Shown here: positions 1 through 17,400 of the stretch, one piece after another
Position numbering within the stretch: the stretch's first letter is position 1
Layout of the letters: every line of letters starts with the position of its first letter
Source: Eledone cirrhosa
Lineage: Eukaryota
Assembly: GCA_964016885.1 (NCBI GenBank)
Contig: OZ024740.1
Span: forward strand, 187,612,001 to 187,676,000
Length of the DNA stretch: 64,000 nucleotides
Direction: 5' to 3'
Position numbers and translations under genes: made by a program
Notes under the pieces: generated by a model
Told to the model about the DNA's origin: nothing
Seen by the model: the letters and a program-made list of their open reading frames with translations, nothing else
Database searches by the model: none

Positions 1-170
1 TAAATATAATATTTTTAAGTGCTTAAATATAAATAATTATTTGCTATCAATGTTTTGTATGTATTTGTAAATACTTTTCCATGTGTACCAGTGCACGTGC
101 ACGCACACACTCGCAGTGATGTCCTGTTTGGTTGGTCCAGCTCTCAATGCCAAAGTTTGGTGCTAGTTCC

Positions 171-2220
<2,050 letters not shown>

Positions 2221-2359
2221 TTAGAAAGTGAGGTTTTTTTTTATAAAATGAAAAATAACCGAGGTGTCCTACACGAGTGGAAGTATAAAGAAAAAGAGAT
2301 GAAATCGAAAATGCAACTGAAGTCTTATTTTTTTAAAAAATGTATATATTTATTTGGTT

Positions 2360-2397
2360 CCTTTACCGGTTTCGCAGTTCTTCTGCTTTTCAAAAGG
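2360..2397 (-). ncRNA. Minimal type I hammerhead ribozyme, U3-A8 core variant
   Basis: Minus strand reads CCTT-TTGAAAA-GCAG(AAGAA)CTGC-GAAA-CCGG-TA-AAGG: stem I CCTT/AAGG, stem II GCAG/CTGC, palindromic stem III CCGG, GUA cleavage triplet. Confidence 0.85.
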
Positions 2398-2917
2398 TGA
2401 GTTGAGATGGAGGGTCTGTGGTTTTTCTCACATCTGGTTGGTCTCTAAATGTTACTTGTTTTATATGGAAAAAGTGTCTCGAAAGCCAGGTTTTTCGAGA
2501 AGTAATTTGATTGGTTTGTCAATAATTATAATAAATTTCGCGCCAGTTCGCGTTACAATAGTTCTTCAAATAAGAGAGGGGGGGGGGGGGGGGGTTGTCA
2601 CAGGTTGTTTTTTCATATATGAGTGTTTGAATTTCTTTTTACTTGAAACAAGGAGGCTCACGAAGGCTTTTTTGGGGTTGGTTATAAATGAAATTTGGCT
2701 GTCACGTGAACAAGTTTTCATTACATTTTTGCGCCCTTATTTGGAAAACTATTCTGTAGTCTTTATAGTGAATGTTATGACAATGGAGAGATAGTGGTCT
2801 AGGGAAAAGGGATTGGGAGAAATGTTCTGGTTCAGTGAATATGGCCAGCTGTCAGAGTTCAGGTGTCAGAGTTCAGATTTTCTATTGAGACTGAAGATAT
2901 GTGTTTATTTGTGTGCT

Positions 2918-2948
<31 letters not shown>

Positions 2949-3546
2949 ATGTGTGTATTGGAAGATGATTCTATTAGTAGAGATGGGGGAGGGAGTTGTG
3001 TGTGTGTGTATATGGGTGTTATGTGTGTGTGTGCGAGTATGTTAAGATGGAGAGAATATATATTTTGTGTGTGTGTATATATATATATGTGTGTAGGAAA
3101 GTGGTTCTATTAGTAGAAATGGGGAGGGAGTTGTAGGTGTGGGGGGTTGTTATGTGTGTGTATGGGTGTTATGTGTGTGGGAGTATGGTTAGCATGTTAA
3201 GATGAAGAGAATATATATATATATATATATTGTGTGTGTGTGTATGTGTGTGTGTAGGAAAGTGATTCCTTTAGTAGGAAGATGATTCTATTAGTAGAGA
3301 TGGGGGAGGGAGTTGTGTGTGTGTGTATATGGGTGTTATGTGTGTGTGTGCGAGTATGTTGAGATGGAGAGAATATATATTTTGTGTGTGTGTATATATA
3401 TATGTGTGTAGGAAAGTGGTTCAATTAGTAGAAATGGGGAGGGAGTTGTAGGTGTGGGGGTTGTTATGTGTGTGTATGGGTTGTTATGTGTGTGGGAGTA
3501 TGGTTAGCATGTTAAGATGAAGAGAATATATATATATATATATATA

Positions 3547-4339
3547 TTAGAAAGATCGAGTATCGAAAAATCGGCGCACGAGTTCACGATAAACGAAATT
3601 CGATATGAGCGGCAGAGGGCTCAATAATTCAGATGAATCAGAGCTATAACTATCGTTAAAATACCGTCACATATAGAACAAGTCTACAATCAACCATACG
3701 ATTTAAAATCGATAAAGGAAGATTCGGGCCAAACAGATAAAAAATATCAATAAAACAATACGTCAATAATTTAAATGAATGTAAAATCATACCCGGACCC
3801 ACTAGAAAGGTGTTAAATCTAGCTTCATGGGTTTCTGTAAATCCTTAGACTGTACTCTATCAGCTCACATATAAATATAAAAGCCTACTAGAGCAAGTGG
3901 AACGGAGTTTACGTTATCAACGAGTTTTTTCCTGGCGGCAGAGGAGTCAACTAGCGGTGAAAAACGCACATGGCATTAGACAAGGGAGATGACCCCTATA
4001 TCCGCGAAAACAATTCGAGTGAATGTGGAAATACACATATCGAATTAGAGTGCTCAATAGACATGTTAAAATAAAACAAAAGCTATTCATCACTCAATAG
4101 AATCGACAAAAAATGAGCAATAAAATTAACTGGTGGATAGCTATGTCCAGAGCTAAATATATTAGAAAGATCGAGTATCGAAAAATCGGCGCACGAGTTC
4201 ACGATAAACGAAATTCGATATGAGCGGCAGAGGGCTCAATAATTCAGATGAATCAGAGCTATAACTATCGTTAAAATACCGTCACATATAGAACAAGTCT
4301 ACAATCAACCATACGATTTAAAATCGATAAAGGAAGATT
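3547..4339 (-). mobile_element. Non-coding 615-bp-unit element, copy A (1.29 units), retrozyme/PLE-derived candidate
   Basis: ttagaaagatcgagtatcg... at 3547 repeats at 4162; flanked by TA runs; near-identical copy at 10641-11512. Strand inferred from the fixed left end and variable right end. Confidence 0.85.
3779..3870 (-). ncRNA. Atypical hammerhead-like fold in the 615-bp unit (copy A)
   Basis: Minus strand: CTGATAGA-GTA(C)AGTC[TAAG]GATTTAC-A-GAAA-CCCA...TGGG-TC. The core has extra nucleotides, and stem I (ATGTGAG/TTTACAT) is offset by 10 nt from the cleavage site. Confidence 0.5.
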
Positions 4340-4551
4340 ATATATATATATTGTGTGTGTGTGTATGTGTGTGTGTAGGAAAGTGATTCCTTTAGTAGGA
4401 ATATTTTTGAATGAACATATTTTCCTGACTTTTTCGTGTTTGCTGTTGTATTGCCAGTGCAAACGTATGTTAAGGTTTATTTAGTTCGGGTTTTTATTTT
4501 CTAAAGTAGAAGGTGTTATGTGTGTGTGTGTATGTCATATTGTGGTGTATA

Positions 4552-5481
4552 TTAAACCTTATTTAATGTTGGTCTATATTTTTGAATAAACATATTTTCC
4601 TTATTTATTCGCATTTGTTCTGTTGTATTGTTAGCGCAAAGGTAAAATGGGAAGACTTGGAATTTGGGTGTCTTATTACTTGCGCAAATGTCTAGATATG
4701 CACTTAGTGGTATCTGTCTCGTGGTTGGATCTCGTAATTGTTGGCGATGAACTGTCATTCTGTTTCTGAGTGTGAGTTTAGTTTGTCCTATATAATCTTC
4801 ATTGCATCCTTTACATTTAATGGCATAAAGTAGATTTTTTGATGAGCAAGTGAAGTGATTTTTTACAGTAAAATTTTGTCCTGATTTAAATGTATACGTG
4901 TTGCCTTCAATGAGGTGAGTGCAGGTTCCACAATTAGAGCGACCACATTTTTTGATACTTGGTTGTGGGTTTGTGGTAGGTAATTTGGCATTGGTGAGTA
5001 ATGTTTTCAGTGATTTTGGTTGTCTTTTGCTTTTGATTATTTTGTGTGTTTCAAGGGCTTTTTTCATTCTTGGGTTTTGTTTTAGTAGTGGGATGTTATT
5101 GTGAATAGTGTTGTAAGCTTCCGCATTTCTTGGGTTGTGTGTTGAGATATATCATAGAATATTGGACGTACCTTGAATTTGTTTCTGTTTCCGTAATTCA
5201 TCAATGCCTATTGCTTTAGCCCTTTCTATTCCATTATTTATTAGTAATAGTGGGTACTCTCTCTGAAGTAGAATTTCCTTTAATCATTGAAGTCTTTTAT
5301 TTCGCGTTTCATAATTGGAGACAATTGTGCAAATTCTTCTTGCTAGGTTAAAAGGAATGTTCGTATTCGTGTGCTTTGGATGGTTGGAGGTGAATAGCAG
5401 ATATTGTTTGGAATCTGTTGGTTTGTAGTGTATGTCAGTTTCGATATTTGTGTCTTTTTTTGTGATTAAGATGTCCAGAAA
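4552..5481 (-). pseudogene. PLE polyprotein C-terminus: RT end/thumb, Cys linker, GIY-YIG endonuclease
   Basis: One frame: FLDILI..TDIHYKPTDSKQYLLFTSNHPKH..IPFNLARRICTIVS, two TGA stops (5284-5286, 5152-5154), then CGRSNCGTC and NLLYAIKCKGCNEDYIGQTKLTLRNRMTVHR. Confidence 0.92.
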
Positions 5482-5520
5482 CGCGAAATAAAAGACTTCA
5501 AGAATTAAAGGAAATTCTAC

Positions 5521-5973
5521 CGCCTCTTCATTGCCGTAGTGGAGTCTGTGCTGCTGTGTGGGTCTGAGACTTGGACACTGACCAAGAGACTCACTCAGAT
5601 GGTGGATGGGTGCTACACGAGAATGCTGAGGATGGCTCTGAACATTAATCAGTATACACTGAGGATGAAAAACTCAGAGCTGTATGGGAGCATCCCAAAA
5701 GTCAGCTCAAAAGTGACACAGAGAAGATTGAGGTTGGCTGGACATGCTCACCGACATCCAGAGTTGACATTGCACTCAGTGCTCCTTTGGGAGCCCCCTA
5801 CATGGACACACTAGAAGAGGAAGACCAAGGTTAACATATGTTGATGCCCTAAGGACAGACACTGGACTGTTGGAGATGCAGGATATGGCAGCGATAATGA
5901 GTGACAGAGACCGCTGGAGAGAACTCGTCCATGGATCTCGGGAATTTTACCCGCCTTAGATAGATAGATAGAT
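5521..5973 (+). mobile_element. 3' end of an RTE-type LINE with (TAGA)n tail
   Basis: ESVLLCGSETWTLTK..DGCYTRMLRMALNI..RRLRLAGH..LLWEP, then frameshifted [10 protein letters not shown]; ends in tagatagatagat. Confidence 0.88.
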
Positions 5974-8568
<2,595 letters not shown>

Positions 8569-9273
8569 ATAGAAGAAATACATCCCGTAGCATTTGTTGG
8601 TATAACCCCACCCATATAATATGGAGGTGACCACACCATTAGCTAACATCTTTCTTTCTCTTATACGAAGCCATTTTCCCCCCTACACATAAATATAGTA
8701 ACATTTTTAATAGAAAATACTATTAAAATTTCTTACTCTACGACTCCTAACCTTGCACATAACGTCACAGCTTCAAATTTAGCTAAACTGACTAGCCGCA
8801 GAAACACGTGCAACCCTGTAGTTAGTACTAACTGTAATTGTAGGAATCGGGTTGATTGCCCCCTATCTGGGAAATGCTTCTCTAGTAACATTGTCTACAA
8901 ATGTATGGTTGAAACACCCACGTCCCGTAGGGCCTACATAGGGTTAACCGCCAATAGATTCAAGCAGCGTCTTTACATGCATACCCATTCTTTTCGTTAC
9001 CCTCTAAGAAGGAATATGACGTTACTTTCAGCTTATATCTGGAGTCTAAAAGACAACCACACCCAATATAAGTTACACTGGGAGATCCTAGCTAGGGCTA
9101 GATCGTATAACGGAAATAAAAGACCACGTGACCTCTGTGCCGCTGAGGCCCTGGAAATACTCTACGCCACAGACCTCATCTTAAACAAAAGATCTGAGTC
9201 AATTTCGTCTTGTAAACATAAATTACACAAAACCTTCCTGTATTACAGCCCCACGTTATACCCTATAGGATAG
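8569..9273 (+). pseudogene. Frameshifted PLE C-terminus with GIY-YIG endonuclease
   Basis: [72 protein letters not shown]. Confidence 0.9.
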
Positions 9274-10354
9274 TACGATCTATACCGATATTTTACGTCT
9301 TGATGTGGTAGCTAAGTATATATTTTGTTTATACCATTACTTATTTGCATAGGTAAGTATATATTACCTGTATGTTTTGTGAAGGTACGTATACTTTCTC
9401 GTACGTATATTTGATTGTATATGTTATGGCGTATAATTTTATATATTCTGGTACATATGGTTTGGTTATGTGTATACGGGAGTTTTGCGTCTGTGTGAGT
9501 ATGCAGATTCGTACGTACGTAGGGTGGGTGTATATGTGTACTTCATGTTTTGGTTGACTTACGTCTCCGAACATTTGTGTATTTACATGTAGGTATGTGT
9601 GTGCGCTTGTTATACACGTATTTATTTATTTATATACGTTTATTTAATTATTTATTTATTTGTATACACGCACACACACACACACATATTTATATGTGCG
9701 TGGTTTTGTATACCTATGGTAAGTGTTTTCGCGTATGCTTGTGTATGTACATATTTGTATGCGTGTATGTATTTATTTAATTTCTATTACCTCTGTATTG
9801 TATTTATTTACTTTATTCTTAACTCTGAAGCAGAGATTAATTCGGTCTCCTAGTTAGAATTTTAATCTACGACTTCTGCTATAACATTTACGTGATTTTG
9901 TGTTGCGTGCAATTGTTCTCCACGCTCCACATATGACGTATTATCTTCGTTTTTTTCGTTTATGCCAGAGAACGTCTCTATGAATTACCTAAGAGCACAT
10001 TAGTCTACGACCTCTTTTTATACCGTAAACGTGGTTCTGTCTTTGCGCGTAATTGTTTTTCACCGCTCCTATTAATGACGTATTATTCGTTTTTTCCCGT
10101 TCTTTGCCAGGGAACGTTTCCACGAACCAAAGTATCGTCTTCCTGTCTTCCTTCGGTTGCAACGTTTTTTTAAAATATCCACTTCTGCGCTTACAGATTG
10201 ACTTTGTTAGTTTCAGAAGATCCCGTTAACATAAAGTCATAGATGTATATGTTGCAACCGGTCATGTTGTAGCTCTATGAAGAATTAATAAATTAAATAA
10301 TCAGAGCAATATATCATAAATTATGTCCTTAGAATTATTAGATAAAATATATAC

Positions 10355-10420
10355 CAGGGGTAGTTGGCCTTGATAAGCTTCAACGAAAGCGAAACAAGAC
10401 TTGTCGGCTTATCTCCCCTG
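10355..10420 (+). ncRNA. Type I hammerhead ribozyme, U3-A8 core variant, extended stem I
   Basis: CAGGGG..GGCC-TTGATAA-GCTT(CAACGA)AAGC-GAAA-CAA(GAC)TTG-TC-GGCT..CCCCTG; GUC triplet. Confidence 0.87.
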
Positions 10421-10573
10421 TTTGCTGAGATCAAAGTAAGTGAATTTGTCACTACTTTAAAACAATAGCTTACGGTCTTCAAAATGCTTTTAATTAAGCA
10501 TAAAGTGTATTGGCAAAATACATTATATATACATCCATATATATATATTGCTATTTCAGAGCTCCAATTCTAA

Positions 10574-11682
<1,109 letters not shown>

Positions 11683-11687
11683 TATAC

Positions 11688-11737
<50 letters not shown>

Positions 11738-11827
11738 ATACTTTGGGAGGGTCATGTTGCCAATAAGAGACACACGCACCAGAAAAATAGAAAAATGAAC
11801 ACAAACACACACAGACACCCGGATGTG

Positions 11828-11874
11828 GCGCATGCGCAAACTGAGCACGCAACCCACACACAAACAAAATGGCG
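11828..11874 (+). promoter_or_regulatory. NRF-1-like and YY1-like motifs (candidate internal promoter)
   Basis: GCGCATGCGC at 11828-11837 and CAAAATGGCG at 11865-11874, in a CpG-poor context and just upstream of the HHR. Confidence 0.4.
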
Positions 11875-11920
11875 TAAGATAGAAGAAAGGAAAGGCACAG
11901 AAACGAAGAAAGAAATCCCC

Positions 11921-11965
11921 AGTCACTGAAGAGGTCACAGAGTGTGTGACGAAAGAACTATGACT
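11921..11965 (+). ncRNA. Minimal type I hammerhead ribozyme (canonical C3-G8)
   Basis: AGTCA-CTGAAGA-G-GTCACA(GAGTG)TGTGAC-GAAA-GAAC-TA-TGACT. Confidence 0.82.
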
Positions 11966-12179
11966 ATATATATATAAACAACTATCTGGTTGTGGAACCA
12001 ACCAACCAACCAGAAATTTATAAATTTGTAAATTTATAAATATTTAATAAATTAAATTGAAGTGAAAGCAACTGGTGCGTGTGTTTCTTATTGGCAACAT
12101 GACCCTCCCAAAGTATAACAATATCGGTTTCAACACACGATTTCAGATAAAGAATCTTGCTAAACAAATTCAGAAACGA

Positions 12180-13771
<1,592 letters not shown>

Positions 13772-13827
13772 GTATATATATATGAACTAGCAAGACCGTT
13801 GAGGTATGTCATACGTCAATTCATGTA

Positions 13828-13889
13828 TTTTATCTGACGAGGACGTACTGAAAATACAGCTCAGTCCCTTCGAAATATATATAATAAAA
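13828..13889 (+). ncRNA. Type I hammerhead ribozyme in a pLTR-like island (~13785-14035)
   Basis: TTTTAT-CTGACGA-GGAC...GTCC(CTT)C-GAAA-TATATA-TA-ATAAAA; palindromic stem III, bulged base of stem II. Confidence 0.72.
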
Positions 13890-14035
13890 CATATATTTTG
13901 ATTATATCAATATCTTCATTTATTAATATTCTGAATAATATTAATAACTCCAGAAAACTTCTTTGTAGAGTGCTTTTAATCTATTGTAATACTATATTCA
14001 TTGAGTAATCAATGAACCATATTAATCTTTGGTTG

Positions 14036-14069
<34 letters not shown>

Positions 14070-14089
14070 ATATGTATATATGTATGTAT

Positions 14090-14453
14090 CAGGTGTGAAG
14101 GGTCCATGCATGCGTTATAGAATATTGAGTTGATCAATTGCATCAGTTGAAACAAGCAGAATTTTGGCTGCTTACTAATACGTATAGACACAAAAAAAGA
14201 TAACACACACACATACACACGAACACATACACACAAACATACGACAGCTTTGGGGCAAGCAGAATGTTCACTGCTTACTAAATCGTAGACACATAAAAAG
14301 ATAACACACACACACACTAGATAACACTACATGCGGCTTTGACTGGGAGGGTCATTTAGAGGGAATGCGGAAGGGGGTAAGATTGCACAGCCCCACTTTC
14401 TGCCATGGCGATTAGACTGCATGCTCTGCTTTCCAGGTTACCCTTCGCCACTG
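14090..14453. mobile_element. hAT-type MITE
   Basis: TIR CAGGTGTGAAGGGT / ACCCTTCGCCACTG (11/14 match); exact 8-bp TSD GTATGTAT at 14082-14089 and 14454-14461, though the TSD is low-complexity. Confidence 0.7.
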
Positions 14454-17400
14454 GTATGTATGTATGTAAGGTCATATATATGCAGATGTGCCTTTGTGTT
14501 TGCATATTTGTGTCCATATGTACTTGTGTGGATTTGCATGTAAGTGTCCTTGAATATGAATATGTGCATGTGTGTATATATAATAATTTATCATGATTCC
14601 ATTCAACATTGACATTGTACTTTACAATAATTATAATTGATACACTTTTATTTACACTTATAAGATAAATCTGTAATTTGATGGATAGAAATATTATGTT
14701 TATGGATTTTAGATGATATTTGTCACAAATGTTATTTACAAATAACTGGAAGAGCCACAAATTAAAATCTTAATATCCAAATGGATTGAAATTGAGTTTT
14801 GTTTTGCAAATACAATAACTGTAATAAGTTAGAATGCTATTTCAAGTTAACTGCTTCCCATGTGTCATAAAGTAAATCAATGCAAGTTTTGATTGAAATT
14901 GCCAATAGATATACAATCCATTCCTACAAGCACTTGTTTCACATGTTCAAAGATTTCTTTTCTATTTAAAATAAAGCTAAAAGTGAAATATAATGTTAAA
15001 TAAAGAAAACCCATTTTAATTTAGTAAATCAAACAGATAATATTGATTTGAATAAGTTTTAATCTTGCAGTGGGGAAAAAAATATATATGTATAAAAGAT
15101 GTTTAAAAAAAGTTGATATCACTGGGCTATTCCCAATGTTGTCAAATTAAAATATATCTTGTGAATTCGTGTTATAATGGTAAAAGTTTAATTGAATAAA
15201 TCTTAATAGCTCAACATTAAGGTTAGAAACAAATAAGGCTAGCTTGCTTCACTGGATGTGTAATTCTAACAAAAGACAAGTTGAAAGAAAATTGGACTTA
15301 AGAAGAAGCAGTTGCCATGTGCAAGTGTAAGATTGTGCTTGTATGGTCCTGTGATACATATGAATGATGATTGGGGAGTGAAGAATTACCCAGTTTCAAG
15401 TGAAAGGGTGCAGTAAAAGAGGAAAACAAAAGAAAATCTGGGCAGAATTGGTGAAAGTTGATCTCTGAATGTTGAAACAGAGACAACCAAGAAATGCAAC
15501 ATATAGAGGAAAGCTGTGTTGGATATGGCCTATTCAACTCATAAAGTATGGCAAAATGGACATAAAAATGATAAAGATGATAATAATAGTGTGCTACATC
15601 ATGTTAAACTTTCTTTTTGATAGTTTTGCCATATTGGTTACTAAAGCTAGAACATACATACATATATCAAATAAATACACAGTTGTAAAACATAACTAAT
15701 TACAGGATATATATTTTAAAGTTAAATGATACATAACATTTTTTTAAAAATAAAGTAATATATATTATTGAACTATAAAATATTTCAAGCAGTAGCCTAA
15801 ACTTGATGATATGACAGATCATCAATCTGGCCAAATATTGTTTTTAATTTAAAGTACAAGCTTCCATCTTTGATCTTGAATTCCAGTTTAACATTTTTCA
15901 CACTATGCAATCATAAATATAATAGATCATTCTCTAAATATATTCTTATAAAATGTTTAACTAATTTTCTCACTGCTAAACCAGATCTTCTTAGTAAAAC
16001 AAATCTTCTTAAAAACATTAAAATTCCAGGTTTTGTATTGATTCATCTTAAAAAGAAACCCATTCTTTGAAAATTATTTCTATCAAATTCTTTATCTAGA
16101 ATGCTAAATATCTATTGAAGGCCCAAAATTAAATTTAAGGAAATAAAAGGCCAGGTTTTTCTTTTGAATTAAGATAGATTCTTTAAATTAAGCTTCTTAA
16201 TTCAATAAAAGTAGATCATATATAGTTTTCAAAGTGAGTCCAATGATTAAATTATAACCATTTTTTTAACATTTCAAATAGAAATTATTTCAAATTACCA
16301 GTTTTCACTTAATCTAAATATTGGCATGTCGTCTTTGTGTTCTGTTCAGCATTGACTGGATATGAGTTTTGCAATAAATTAGCAACTAGCTGGAACTATT
16401 CTATGGTAATTGAGTTAGAATTTTCTCTTATTTGCATTGTTCCAAAATTATTCCTCTGTCTTTTGCAAAAGGGTGTTAGTAGATAAACTGAATAACTCTA
16501 TCAATGTTATTTTAATTTTACTGAAAAATCTCTTGTTTCCATTTGGATTATAATAAAATAAGGAAACTTAAGGTATCTAATGTCTAAAATTGCACTTTTG
16601 ATTCAATTACTACTTTATAAATCTATTTCTTAGGCATGAAATCGCAAATATATTGGGAAGGGGCATACTGTTGCTTAATGCATATGTAATTCTTAGAATA
16701 ACTAGTAGTCTATCTTGCAGTTATGAACTGATTACATAGTTACTCACTGAAAGCATAGGTTGTTCAGAAATTCTAGACTGAATAAGAGAAATATTATGTC
16801 TGATTTCACTTCCAAAAAGAAACAACGAAAACAATAATGTATCTTTAATGTAGCATGGGCAGGTAATGGATTATATATAAAAATATGTTTACTAAATAAA
16901 GTCAGATTTATTAAAATAGAGAAAGCCATTTTTTAAGTTAAAAATAGCTAAATGGTTAAAGTAAAATATTCTTGGTTTCTAAAGTTTTGACTGATGAGTT
17001 ACTACCAAATTTATATTGTGTATAGAAATAGCTTTGTTGTTATTACTTTTCAGTAACCTTAGTTTTATTGAATTCTTACACTGCACAACTGAGTACAACT
17101 TTGTGTGTTTTGGAGTGTGAGCAGTTTTCTGTTGCACACTGGGCAATGTGTATGCAGTTCCTCGTATTACTATTCTCTGTATGAAGTGTATATATGTAAG
17201 ATTTGAAGGTTTGTTTATGTATTTTAATCTCCATATTCTAGTTATCCAGGTATTTATATTGGATTATATTTTGTTTTGTTTAGTGGTACATTATCATTCA
17301 TTAGGACAAATACATTGATTAGGTAGCATTCTGTTTTGGTTGACATTGACAATGAAACCTAGACCTTGATACCTCTGTCTTTGTGGATAGGCATATCCTA

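Larger units (their letters stand above)
2961..4400. repeat. Two ~317-bp GT-rich tandem units; the second is split by an insertion at 3547-4339
   Basis: gaagatgattctattagtagagatggggg starts at 2961 and 3278; unit 2 stops in its TA run at 3546 and resumes at 4340-4400 (tatattgtgtg...gattcctttagtagga). Confidence 0.9.
2221..5520 (-). mobile_element. 5'-truncated Penelope-like retroelement (PLE1) with its 3' end abutting the (TA)n array
   Basis: RT C-terminus plus GIY-YIG reading frame at 4552-5481, diverged duplicates of the ORF end at ~4401-4510, repetitive 3' region, HHR at 2360-2397, inverted duplication at the 5' junction. Assigning 2221-4400 to the same element is inferred. Confidence 0.75.
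8569..10580 (+). mobile_element. 5'-truncated Penelope-like retroelement (PLE2) between (TA)n runs
   Basis: Coding remnant 8569-9273, long 3' region with a diverged internal duplication (~9905-9985 / 10045-10125) and an HHR at 10355-10420; TA arrays on both sides. Confidence 0.85.

Noticed and set aside
2354-2794. 146-aa plus-strand ORF
   Set aside because: No recognisable motif, includes a G homopolymer, and lies antisense in the PLE1 3' region.
2961-4400. CRISPR-like or coding repeat array
   Set aside because: Long low-complexity tandem units without unique spacers, in a eukaryotic context.
5152-5286. Two in-frame TGA codons in PLE1 as possible selenocysteine recoding
   Set aside because: The inverted duplicate shows GAA at the first site, neither position looks like a Cys site, and no SECIS was recognised; ordinary decay is more likely.
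9815-9860. Second hammerhead in the PLE2 3' region (ATTCTTAACT-CTGAAG..GAGAT/GTCTC..AGTTAGAAT)
   Set aside because: Stem I and II-like pairing exists but GAAA and stem III are missing; at most a deleted relic.
11731-12123. MITE with 50-bp TIRs and TA target duplication
   Set aside because: Homology continues past the right repeat to 12180 (shown by the 13651-13771 copy) and the interior holds an HHR, which fits an inverted pLTR better.
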